DNA of 24,000 bases from Selenomonadaceae bacterium (GCA_030523645.1 JAUNIB010000005.1:114860-138859), one strand, 5' to 3'; counted from the stretch's first letter, positions 1 to 8,609 are shown. Notes: generated from the letters alone by a model not told the origin. Numbers and translations: made by a program.

Positions 1-4
1 GGCA

Positions 5-412
5 TTGGAAGCAAGTCCCCTCATCGCCCTTGCCATGGGCTACGGCCTTGCCCATCACAGCGGTGAGAATAACTACGATACTGTTTCCGCCATGCGGCGG
101 ATACAGGTAGTCAATGCCGACTATCGGGGCTATCTGAAATCACTGCCGGATAAATCCTTCGACGCAGTGTACTTTGACCCAATGTTCCGATACCCGATGG
201 AAAAATCCGTGGCCCTTTCACCTCTGCGGGAACTGGCCGAGGGCAGCCCCCTGGATGAAGACTCTGTAAGGGAAGCCTGCCGGGTAGCCCGTCATCGGGT
301 GGTAATGAAGGAAGCATGGTACAGCAAAGAATTCGCCCGCCTCGGCTTCAATGAATTCTCCGGCGGCAAATGGTCAAAGGTAAGATACGGAATCATCCGG
401 ATGGACAAATGA
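5..412 (+). CDS. Class I SAM-dependent methyltransferase, 3' portion (5' end outside or at the window edge); RsmJ-like appearance
   Basis: ORF with 'RRIQVVNADYRGYLKSLPDKSFDAVYFDPMF' (acidic SAM-site region, then a DPMF catalytic-type motif); open from the window start. Confidence 0.8.
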   Translation: MEASPLIALAMGYGLAHHSGENNYDTVSAMRRIQVVNADYRGYLKSLPDKSFDAVYFDPMFRYPMEKSVALSPLRELAEGSPLDEDSVREACRVARHRVVMKEAWYSKEFARLGFNEFSGGKWSKVRYGIIRMDK

Positions 413-542
413 AAACGGATACCACACATAGTATTTTGTGCAGTATCCGTTGAGTTAATGCTTGAAAAAAAGCCTAAAAAATGCTATCATAAAAACAACG
501 AAGGTTGCTGACTGCATGCGTCAGCTCCCTAGAAATCGTAGA

Positions 543-571
543 GAAGCCGGCTACTGCAAATAGCCGGCTTC
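543..571. terminator. Perfect 11-bp hairpin GAAGCCGGCTA / TAGCCGGCTTC, possible terminator of the methyltransferase unit
   Basis: Inverted repeat 543-553 / 561-571 with a 7-nt loop; no strong T tract directly after it. Confidence 0.5.
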
Positions 572-771
572 GTGGTATTTATGTGACAAATTTTATTATT
601 GCAATAAAAAATACTTCTGAAGCCTACCATTCGGGTGTGCATGAGCCTCACCTAACGCCTCCCCTATAGGTGCGTATGAGCACTTATTCGCTGAAAGAGA
701 ATTTAGTGCGAGCCATGCAAACTGCTTAGTGATATCCGAGCGAAGCGATGGATGAACTTAGCATGTTTGTA

Positions 772-992
772 GGAGGTGGCCGAGCGCAGCGAGGTCGGAG
801 GGGTAACAGCTAATTAATCCCGTAGTCTCCCCAGAAAAGGGGAGGTGCCCGAAGGGCGGAGGGGTAACTACTAATCAATCTGATAGCCTCCCATTTAGGG
901 GAGGTGGCTGAACGTAGCGAGGCCAGAGGGGTAACAGCTAATCAATCTCGTAGTCTCCCCTGAAAAGGGGAGGTGCCCGAAGGGCGGAGGGG
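772..992. repeat. Tandem array of GC-rich palindromic intergenic repeats, core CTCCCC(N~6)GGGGAGGTG...GGAGGGGTAAC
   Basis: About four degenerate units; 'gaaaaggggaggtgcccgaagggcggagggg' occurs twice exactly (about 835 and 963), alternating with 'ggaggtggccgagcgcagcgaggtcggagggg' / 'ggaggtggctgaacgtagcgaggccagagggg'. Confidence 0.8.
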
Positions 993-1010
993 TTTCCCGC
1001 AAACATTATA

Positions 1011-1042
1011 AAAGGCACTGCCATCAATTTGGCAGTGCCTTT
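1011..1042. terminator. Bidirectional-type Rho-independent terminator
   Basis: AAAGGCACTGCCA-tcaatt-TGGCAGTGCCTTTTT. Confidence 0.8.
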
Positions 1043-1309
1043 TTAATATATAGGCTTCCTTTTTCTGCACGGATGTGCAACATCCGACAGCTCCAAAATA
1101 TAATCCGTCGTTGTGTGATGGAACTGAGCCAACGCTATCAATATAGCCGTCGGAATGTCCCGCTCGCCTAATTCATAATTACTATATACAATGCGGTGTA
1201 GGCTAGTAATATAAAACTTGCTTCTTTTAATCTTCCGGAAGCTCTCCGCAGACATCATAAGGAAAACCCACTTCCGTAATAACAAGAGAATCTGCGAATC
1301 CAGCAGCAT
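1043..1309 (-). pseudogene. Degenerate XRE/Cro-type HTH regulator, C-terminal half preserved
   Basis: 'VYSNYELGERDIPTAILIALAQFHHTTTDYILELSDV' matches the second half of XRE domains; the upstream helices are not recognisable. Confidence 0.6.
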
Positions 1310-1344
1310 AGAACACCGGAAGAAGTCTCAGCAAGGATTGAGGG

Positions 1345-1615
1345 TAGCCCCTGGGAAATAGATATCATTTGTAGGAAGTAGAGCTGGTAAAGAATCTGTG
1401 GTATTTACTCTTGTAGAGAAGAAAACTGACTATTATATAGTAATCAGGATTTATGGAAAGGATGCCTCTTAAGTAATGGCTGCTATGGGATTTTTCGCCA
1501 CCTTGCAGACGAAAGGAATACATTAATCCGACAACGATTAGGATACAGGATGCCAGAAGAACTCTTTGAAAATTTTCTTGATAAAGTATATTTAATAAAT
1601 AGTCACCAATTAGTC
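1345..1615 (+). pseudogene. IS30-family DDE transposase remnant (frameshifted, internally deleted)
   Basis: Translating by eye gives 'WEIDIICRK', 'AGKESVVFTLVEKKTDYYIVIRIYGKDA', a stop, then 'RQRLGYRMPEELFENFLDKVY', resembling the IS30 catalytic and C-terminal blocks; no intact ORF. Confidence 0.7.
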
Positions 1616-1668
1616 TAATTAACCTATTCTATTTGCTATTGCAGTTTGCGAAAATTTTTTCGTACTTC

Positions 1669-1698
1669 TTGAAAATTATAGCGCACTGCGCTATAATT
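1669..1698 (+). promoter_or_regulatory. Sigma70-type promoter (TTGAAA-N17-TATAAT) with a 12+1+12 perfect palindrome in the spacer and -10
   Basis: TTGAAA 1669-1674, TATAAT 1692-1697; AATTATAGCGCA-C-TGCGCTATAATT 1674-1698; 29 bp upstream of the methyltransferase start. Confidence 0.65.
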
Positions 1699-1726
1699 AA
1701 GAAAATAAAAACAAGGAGTTGTAAAG

Positions 1727-2707
1727 ATGATTTCAATAGAAAAGAAGTTGTTAGCAGGTTATACATTTATAGATTTGTTTGCAGGATTAGGTGGGTTCAG
1801 AATTGCATTAGAATCATTGGGTGCAAATTGTGTTTACTCAAATGAATGGGATGTCCCCGCACAGAAGGTTTATGCAGAGAACTTTGTTGATACACCAGAA
1901 GGGGATATTACAAAAGTTGATGAGAATACGATTCCTGATCATGATATACTCTGTGCCGGATTCCCTTGCCAGGCATTTTCTATTAGCGGCAAGCAACGAG
2001 GCTTTGAAGATAGTAGAGGAACATTGTTTTTTGATGTTGCGAGAATTGTAAAAGTGAAGAGACCCAAAGTTGTCTTTATGGAGAACGTGAAGAATTTTGC
2101 GACTCATGATGACGGTAAAACTCTTGAGGTTGTAGTAGGGACTATGGAGGAATTGGGTTATACATTCTATCAGAAGGTGTTGAACGCTGTTGATTATGGT
2201 GTTCCACAAAAACGAGAAAGAATTTATATGGTGTGTTTTAGAAATGATTTAGAGATTAATAATTTTAAATATCCTAAGCCATTTAAGTTAACACGTCACG
2301 TAGAAGACGTTCTTCTTGAAGACGAAGAAATGGTCAAGGACTTATATGTTGATAGACCTGATACGTATTACAATGGCGTAGAAGACAACCAGTATAGCAA
2401 TAAATCCATTCGTTTGGGTATTGTAAACAAAGGAGGACAAGGCGAAAGAATATACAGCACCAAAGGAATTGCAATTACTCTTTCTGCATACGGCGGAGGC
2501 GTCTTTGCAAAGACAGGTGGATATTTAATAAATGGAAAGACGAGAAAGTTGCATCCGCGTGAATGTGCAAGAATCATGGGATATCCAGATTCCTATAAAA
2601 TCTGTAAGAGTGCAAACCAGGCCTATAAGCAATTTGGAAATTCAGTGGTAATTGATGTTTTGCAGCTCATCGCAGTAGAAATTGGCACAGTGATGGAGGG
2701 AAAATAA
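1727..2707 (+). CDS. DNA (cytosine-5-)-methyltransferase (M1 of the R-M locus)
   Basis: C5 motifs: FIDLFAGLGGFR (I), GFPCQAFS (IV), ENVKNF (VI), VPQKRERIY (VIII), YKQFGNSV (X); RBS aaggag before ATG. Confidence 0.95.
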   Translation: MISIEKKLLAGYTFIDLFAGLGGFRIALESLGANCVYSNEWDVPAQKVYAENFVDTPEGDITKVDENTIPDHDILCAGFPCQAFSISGKQRGFEDSRGTLFFDVARIVKVKRPKVVFMENVKNFATHDDGKTLEVVVGTMEELGYTFYQKVLNAVDYGVPQKRERIYMVCFRNDLEINNFKYPKPFKLTRHVEDVLLEDEEMVKDLYVDRPDTYYNGVEDNQYSNKSIRLGIVNKGGQGERIYSTKGIAITLSAYGGGVFAKTGGYLINGKTRKLHPRECARIMGYPDSYKICKSANQAYKQFGNSVVIDVLQLIAVEIGTVMEGK

Positions 2708-2709
2708 AG

Positions 2710-3015
2710 ATGAATGAGGTTGGATTCAGAAATTGGCTTATCAATAAAGGTGTAAAATCAAAGGTTGCAGGAGATACAATTTCAAGATTAAAAAGAATAG
2801 AACGAGAAATTGAAAACTGCGATATTGATGAACAATACCGCAGTGATAAATGTGAATACTTATTAAAACTTTTTTTGGATATGGGTAACAATGATGAAAT
2901 GAAGAAATACCAAAATGCAAATCTTCCTATAGGAAAGTATTACATGAGTACATATCGTCATGGCCTTAAACAGTATATTCAGTTTTCGGATGATGTTACT
3001 TCAAGCAAGCAATAA
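2710..3015 (+). CDS. Small 101-aa protein co-directional with M1; possible SAM-like/core-binding helical domain or accessory R-M protein
   Basis: Starts 2 nt after the M1 stop; 'WLINKGVKSKVAGDTISRLKRIEREI...YLLKLFLDMG...YRHGLKQYIQFSDD'. Confidence 0.6.
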   Translation: MNEVGFRNWLINKGVKSKVAGDTISRLKRIEREIENCDIDEQYRSDKCEYLLKLFLDMGNNDEMKKYQNANLPIGKYYMSTYRHGLKQYIQFSDDVTSSKQ

Positions 3016-3787
3016 ACTCTGGTTCGGACATACCAGGTGTAGATGCTTTATGCTTGATTGAAAAAATAACATTAGCATTGTATGTGTTTGAGAGTTTACG
3101 AAGCTCATATTTATCTCCACGTAGAGAAAACATATACTCAATTCCACAAAGAATGAATCTGTGATCATGTAGCTGCTGCGGTGAAATAACAAAAAGTTTA
3201 TCTCCAGCAACACGAAAACCTGTAATAATATAACCGTAAGTTGATATATAATCCATCACAGTATTAAGTCGGCTCTTACCAACATTGCCTGAACCACTTC
3301 GTTTGATTCGATACTTAGCTGTTACTTCGAAATATTCTCTGAAACGCTCAATAGGTAAAATAGTATAGTTATTGGTGATGAAGAAATAGACTCCCTTATC
3401 TTTATATGCCTGGATAATCCAGTCAGCGAAGATATCGGAGCCGTTTGGCATATCAATATCTTTTCCGGCTGTACCAGCTTCTCTGAATGCATCGAAATCT
3501 TCATTCATATAGTCCCTTATCATTTCTGCGTATCTGTTGATGCGATTAACATTGAGACGGCTATATTCAAATGTTCTTGTATCAAGGCTTGGTAATAAAA
3601 CAAACTGTCCGCATTGAGCAGGTGAGTGCTTAGCATCAATGTAAAATGAATTACCAGATTTAGTCTCAACTGAGATGTCAGGTACAGTTGAATCAGCACC
3701 TCCTTGATGAAAAAATCTTGCATATGCACCGAATCTTTTATTAAGATAATCTGTGCATTGAATTTCAAATTCTTCCCATATTGCCAT
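2996..3787 (-). CDS. Putative type II restriction endonuclease subunit (R1), PD-(D/E)XK-like
   Basis: 'DSTVPDISVETKSGNSFYIDAKHSPAQCGQFVL' (PD...x13...DAK); paralog of the next gene; adjacent to two C5 methyltransferases. Confidence 0.75.
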   Translation of the reverse strand: MAIWEEFEIQCTDYLNKRFGAYARFFHQGGADSTVPDISVETKSGNSFYIDAKHSPAQCGQFVLLPSLDTRTFEYSRLNVNRINRYAEMIRDYMNEDFDAFREAGTAGKDIDMPNGSDIFADWIIQAYKDKGVYFFITNNYTILPIERFREYFEVTAKYRIKRSGSGNVGKSRLNTVMDYISTYGYIITGFRVAGDKLFVISPQQLHDHRFILCGIEYMFSLRGDKYELRKLSNTYNANVIFSIKHKASTPGMSEPEFIACLK

Positions 3788-3790
3788 TGC

Positions 3791-4639
3791 TTAATCCTTT
3801 TTATTCATTATATTCTCAAATGCTTGAAGATCCTTTTGGTCTTGTACTGTTTTCTTAAGTGATAATTGACAGATTACATTTGGGTTGCTTGTATTTGATA
3901 ATCTTCTAACTTCAAAAACATATTTCTTTAATTTAGAAAGTGCTTTTGAATAATTATTATCCTTAAATTGATATGTGTGTTCATCACACATCATTTTTCT
4001 TTTATGTATATAAGTGTCTGAGTGAAGAAAACACCTTATCTTTCCGCCGACTGATTTGTATTCGATAGCTCCTGAAATACCTTCTTCATTTAATCCTTGC
4101 ATTATTTCTGCATTATTGCTTGATTCGTTAGGTTCTGCTGAACCACTTGTTTTTCTACGATAAAAAGCCTTAATAGTGAAGTAATTAGGAAAACTGCTGG
4201 TTGGAAAAATTATTATGTCTGTTCCTTTGGTCATAAAGAATTCAACTTTTTTTACGGAATAGAAATCTTGGACTAAACCATAGAGAATTGAACTTTTGAC
4301 CTTTACAGGAGATCCCTCTTTTCCGACTTTGTAATATGTCTTATAACGTTCATTCATATACGTAATAATTTTTTTGCAATTATCAGATAGTGGAACTTTG
4401 TTTCTTTTTGAAAAATCAAATGATTTCGTGTCTTCGTTGGGAAATAATACAAACTGGCAGCATTGAGAACTCCCGGCTTTTACTTCAACAAAAAATTCAT
4501 CGGATGTTGCTGGTTCAACTTTGATGTCAGCTTTTGTTGAGTCTGATTTGCCGTATGGTTCAATTGAATTATTATCTCCATACTTATGTATTAAGTGTTC
4601 GTAACACTTGTTTTCTAATTTTTCCCAAGCATTAGCCAT
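3791..4639 (-). CDS. Putative type II restriction endonuclease subunit (R2), PD-(D/E)XK-like, paralog of R1
   Basis: 'DSTKADIKVEPATSDEFFVEVKAGSSQCCQFVLFPNEDTKSFDFS' aligns with R1; C-terminal 'FEVRRLSNTSNPNVI' aligns with 'YELRKLSNTYNANVI'. Confidence 0.75.
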   Translation of the reverse strand: MANAWEKLENKCYEHLIHKYGDNNSIEPYGKSDSTKADIKVEPATSDEFFVEVKAGSSQCCQFVLFPNEDTKSFDFSKRNKVPLSDNCKKIITYMNERYKTYYKVGKEGSPVKVKSSILYGLVQDFYSVKKVEFFMTKGTDIIIFPTSSFPNYFTIKAFYRRKTSGSAEPNESSNNAEIMQGLNEEGISGAIEYKSVGGKIRCFLHSDTYIHKRKMMCDEHTYQFKDNNYSKALSKLKKYVFEVRRLSNTSNPNVICQLSLKKTVQDQKDLQAFENIMNKKD

Positions 4640-4642
4640 AGT

Positions 4643-5617
4643 CTAGTGTACCTCACTTTCAATGAAATTTTTAATTGAACAACCTAGGGCTTTTATAACA
4701 TTAACTGTCATTGCATTACCTGCCTGCATTAGGAGGTGTCTATCGGATACTTCATTCTTTACTTTGTCAGCATATTCCTTTGGAAATCCTTGAAGGAGCA
4801 ATGCTTCATAACCAGTCAGCTGGTATATTGTATGGTTTTTAACATATAAAACACCATCCCTCTGTGCCCTTAATGTTGGGCAACGGCCGTCATAAATGCG
4901 AAGATCATTCATACGAGTGTCAATTATCTTGCCCTCCATCTTCTTTATGTCATCAACGGTGTACTTACTGTTGTTGGTAGGGTTTTTTAGATAATAGGAG
5001 AGAATATCGAGCCTTTCTGGACTTGCAATGTTATCGTCAATTAAGAAATTAGAAAGAGAAGGTCTCATGACTGGTTCAGGCCATTGAAATTCATTTATAT
5101 CCTTCCCAAAATCCTTTCTGATGCCTACAAAGTAAACTCTTTGACGCATTTGTGGAACGCCATATTCAAGGCTGGTGAGAACCTTATAGGTTACATCATA
5201 ACCAACTCTGTTTAGTTCATTGATGATGATTTTTATCGTTTTTCCTGTGTCGTGAGTTACCAACCCCTTGACGTTTTCTAAAAGAAAACATTTAGGTTGT
5301 GTTTCTTCTAAAATTCTTGCCAAGTGGAATATGATTTGTCCTCTGTCATCAGAGAAGCCTTCTTTCCGGCCTATAACAGAAAATGTTTGGCATGGAAATC
5401 CAGCAATCAACATATCGTATGGTAGTAATTTTTCAGTTTTAATTCTTTTTAAATTATAGTAGTAAGGTTCGTCTGTAGTATCATGCATTAAGGTATAGGT
5501 GCGAACAGCCAATTTGCTTGTGTCTGAGTAACCGGTGCTTTTAAGTCCGGCTTGCTCTAAACCTAGACGTCCGCCGCCAATACCCGAGCATAAATCTAAA
5601 AAAGTATTAATTTTCAT
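4643..5617 (-). CDS. DNA (cytosine-5-)-methyltransferase (M2 of the R-M locus)
   Basis: FLDLCSGIGGGRLGLE, GFPCQTFSVIGRKEGF, ENVKGL, VPQMRQRVYFVG, LLMQAGNAMTVNV. Confidence 0.95.
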   Translation of the reverse strand: MKINTFLDLCSGIGGGRLGLEQAGLKSTGYSDTSKLAVRTYTLMHDTTDEPYYYNLKRIKTEKLLPYDMLIAGFPCQTFSVIGRKEGFSDDRGQIIFHLARILEETQPKCFLLENVKGLVTHDTGKTIKIIINELNRVGYDVTYKVLTSLEYGVPQMRQRVYFVGIRKDFGKDINEFQWPEPVMRPSLSNFLIDDNIASPERLDILSYYLKNPTNNSKYTVDDIKKMEGKIIDTRMNDLRIYDGRCPTLRAQRDGVLYVKNHTIYQLTGYEALLLQGFPKEYADKVKNEVSDRHLLMQAGNAMTVNVIKALGCSIKNFIESEVH

Positions 5618-5934
5618 TGTTCTTAATCCTTCACTGGTTTGTTATTTTAGTTCTGGGTCGGTAGATTGTAAAAACAAATTGAATAAATAAAAGACTCACG
5701 GCGAATCTTTTAGTATAATTAAGTTACCATACAAAAAGCTATCAAAGGAAAATGCCCACGAGTCGTATCTATTCTATCACTATTGCACTTAGCCGCGAAA
5801 GAGGTCAGCAGCTAAAATTTGAGTACAGAGTGAGTATCAAGATTTATAGGAAGCTCAAATATATGCTTAGAGCTATCTTGAGCTCTTGCCTGTTCTCTTT
5901 GTTATCCACTGTTATTATGAACTAAAACATGGTG

Positions 5935-6170
5935 ATAGGAATGGTTCAAGAGGATGCTACCCTGAATATAGCCCAGACCGCGGGCAAGCAAACTATGAGA
6001 AGGACCATGTGTGACTGGGGATGGTTCTCATTGACACAATTTTACTTAGCATGAGTCAGATGTTACTGTTCTCAGTGATACAAAAACAGGCTAGGGTTTC
6101 ATGTGAGTCCCTGGCCTTCCTATATGGCACCAATTAGGCATGATAAAATCCACCTGTTCAACTGGTGGTA
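5935..6170. other. Noncoding segment rich in potential RNA hairpins, unassigned
   Basis: ATGAGAA(GGA)CCAT/ATGGTTCTCAT (5995-6008/6021-6031), GGCTAGGG/CCCTGGCC (6089-6096/6109-6116), CCACC/GGTGG (6150-6154/6164-6168); no credible ORF. Confidence 0.4.
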
Positions 6171-6198
6171 AGTAAAAATATCTTATAGAAAAGTAAAT

Positions 6199-6391
6199 GA
6201 CCTCCTATGTTACGATTGTGCAAGCTGACAACCACACAAAGAACATAGGAGGTCTTGTCATGAATTATGTAAAGAGATTATCACATAGCAAGTGGAGCTG
6301 TAAATACTACATTGTTTTACACTGGAATATTGCGACAGATAATATACGGTAAGATAAAGGCAGACCTATTAAATGCTTTGTGATGATTCTT
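6199..6391 (+). pseudogene. IS200/IS605-family TnpA (Y1 transposase) 5' remnant with its leader hairpin
   Basis: ATG at 6260: 'MNYVKRLSHSKWSCKYYIV', then frameshifts into 'RQIIYGKIKADLLNAL'; 13-bp inverted repeat gacctcctatgtt/aacataggaggtc (6199-6211/6242-6254) covers the RBS, as in IS200-type leaders. Confidence 0.7.
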
Positions 6392-6515
6392 CAACCCATT
6401 TAGTCGTATCGTGGCATTGAATCTGTTAGCTAATAGGTTTATCATAGGAACAATATGTGATGTAGCGAAATTGCACGATGTTAGGGGTCTCGATAATACT
6501 ATAAGGAGAACGCCT

Positions 6516-7145
6516 ATGAAAATAATGAAAAAGTTTACCGAACATACTAATACGTTCAGCAACTTATTGGTAGGTTTTTTTGTGATATTTTTATTACACT
6601 TAGTATTGGTTTGGCTTGCTGGCAATGTGGATACTTCGATTTCACGTGTGGCTAAAATTTTTCTGAAGATGTTAGATCTTTTAACAGCTGATTTGTCATT
6701 GTTATGCGTTATCCTGTCAATGATTATGTACTATAAAGTTCAAGCATTGCTAAATAGGGAGGAAACTGCTAAGAGAATTTTAGCGTCCATGCAAGAAGAT
6801 AACATATATAAAAAAGTGGGACTGAATATGCAAATTGATATCAGCCAAAATCCTACAGAAATGTTGTATGATTTGGAGAAAAATGTAGAAAGGTTGTATG
6901 AGCTTTCTTTATTGACAAGCAAGTCTGTGACAACAGCTGACAATTCACCTCTTTTTGAAAAATGTGCCATAGGGATGCCGAATTGTTACCAAAAAGCCAA
7001 GTTGATTATGCGTTATCTCCAAATACAAATAACAGCATTGGAAATTCAGACTAAAAATGTTCCCAGTGTAAACGATTTTAAAAGGCTTGAGAAACAGCAA
7101 CAGGATTTTATAAGCCATGCTTCAAAAGTGGGATATCGAGATTAA
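6516..7145 (+). CDS. Hypothetical membrane protein with two predicted TM segments and a soluble helical C-terminus
   Basis: RBS aaggag then ATG at 6516; 'FSNLLVGFFVIFLLHLVLVWLAG' and 'LLTADLSLLCVILSMIMYYKVQALL'; the annotated start at 6411 lacks an evident RBS. Confidence 0.6.
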   Translation: MKIMKKFTEHTNTFSNLLVGFFVIFLLHLVLVWLAGNVDTSISRVAKIFLKMLDLLTADLSLLCVILSMIMYYKVQALLNREETAKRILASMQEDNIYKKVGLNMQIDISQNPTEMLYDLEKNVERLYELSLLTSKSVTTADNSPLFEKCAIGMPNCYQKAKLIMRYLQIQITALEIQTKNVPSVNDFKRLEKQQQDFISHASKVGYRD

Positions 7146-7694
7146 AGAGATTTTTGTAATTAAATATAAATAGGTAGGTGTTCTTCGCATTTCATGAGAA
7201 GGATTTGCCTGTCTGCAAATTTCGTAAACCAATTTATGATTCGGAAAAATAAGATGGTTTTAGTATCTTCTTGTAAAGTCAAACAATTGTAAAAATCACT
7301 CCTTGTATAATAAGTTTTGTAAGCAAGATATCCGACGTGTCTACAAAATTTATTATACGAGGATATTAGATATTTCAGTAACATAATGAAGTCAATGACG
7401 AGGGACTTGTGCTACTTTTGTGTCCAATCAAACGTATCACAATATGGTGATAGTAGAATATTACAGCAATATTACAGCCAAAGAAGATGGAAGAAATGAA
7501 TGTGGCTAGGGTGAAAGGTGGAGAAAACAATGTGGTTACCATTAGTGAGGTAAACATTAGACTGCTGCGTGAGTATAGAAACAGCGGAGATGTTTTTGGA
7601 TTCAAGCCGCTTCCCGCAGCATATAGTGATTGTAGGAGTATATTTTAATGTTTTAGAAGCGTATTCTGCGACATTGTCTTATTAGGGGGCTAGT

Positions 7695-8609
7695 ATGAAA
7701 ATTGAAGATTTAAGAGGGAATGAGCTTGGTAATATTGGTTTTGTAATAAAAAAGTCTAATTATAAGGGGGTAGTTTGGTTTCAGCACCATGAGATTGTAA
7801 ATGAGTTGATGATAGATGTTCTGAAATATTTGACAGCACTTGAGAATCCTCCAAATAACATGATATTCTCAAACAATATAGAATGCCTAAAATTGGTTTC
7901 TATAACATTCATATGTCTTGAATGCTATGTTAACGATGTTTTCAAATTGATTTGTAACAACGATAAAAATGCCTTTATGAGATACAGAGGAAAATCCTTG
8001 GATGCAAGGTTGAAGTTAATTATAAAAACTGCTAGATACTCCAATGTAGAACAAAATGAATTCTATAAATGTGGTTGTTTCCAATGCTTGCGTGAGTTCG
8101 AGGAATATAGAAATATAGTTTTTCATGGTGGATTTTATGAAGAAAAGACTTTCCGAAAAACTTTGTTTTCTGAAAATCCTTTAAACTGTAATGTTGTTGA
8201 TGTTCTACAGGCATTGAAAATATTGGTAGATATTTTTACTTGTTTTCGGTTCATTGTAGTAGATAAGGATATAATGCCGCAATCAGTTATTAATTATGGA
8301 GGAAAAATGTATTTTGAGAAAGTAGACATCACTTATGCTAGAGTCATAGTGCCGATGTTTGGGCATATTTTGAAGAAGCATGCGGTTGAGAGTGACCTGG
8401 AGCCATCATTATCTGATTTCTCTTTCAAATCAACTACGTTACTCCAACCCAAGGATGTTTTGTTCTGTGTACAATGCAAACAGCAAGGATCTCAACTAGA
8501 GCCTTCATGGGAAAGGTCGAATTATATGTCTGAACTTATGAACAAGCTTACAGAAAATGTAATAATTGATAAAGAACATTTTAGAATTCCAAACTATAAT
8601 AAGATGTAA
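7695..8609 (+). CDS. HEPN-like domain protein A (hypothetical)
   Basis: 'CLREFEEYRNIVFHGGF' contains R-x4-H typical of HEPN RNases; paralogous to 11123..12025. Confidence 0.65.
   Translation: MKIEDLRGNELGNIGFVIKKSNYKGVVWFQHHEIVNELMIDVLKYLTALENPPNNMIFSNNIECLKLVSITFICLECYVNDVFKLICNNDKNAFMRYRGKSLDARLKLIIKTARYSNVEQNEFYKCGCFQCLREFEEYRNIVFHGGFYEEKTFRKTLFSENPLNCNVVDVLQALKILVDIFTCFRFIVVDKDIMPQSVINYGGKMYFEKVDITYARVIVPMFGHILKKHAVESDLEPSLSDFSFKSTTLLQPKDVLFCVQCKQQGSQLEPSWERSNYMSELMNKLTENVIIDKEHFRIPNYNKM

Noticed and set aside
772-992. CRISPR array
   Set aside because: Units are imperfect, directly abutting palindromes with conserved 'spacers' and no cas genes nearby; not a repeat-spacer pattern.
5752-5925. 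57-aa plus ORF (MPTSRIYSITIALSRERGQQLKFEYRV...)
   Set aside because: Weak RBS, no recognisable family, and it lies in a region that otherwise looks noncoding; left unannotated.
6317-6625. 102-aa minus-strand ORF
   Set aside because: Antisense to the 5' part of the membrane protein gene and the TnpA remnant; no RBS or recognisable family.
7160-7605. Short minus-strand ORFs (74 and 76 aa)
   Set aside because: AT-rich chance ORFs without a convincing RBS or motif.
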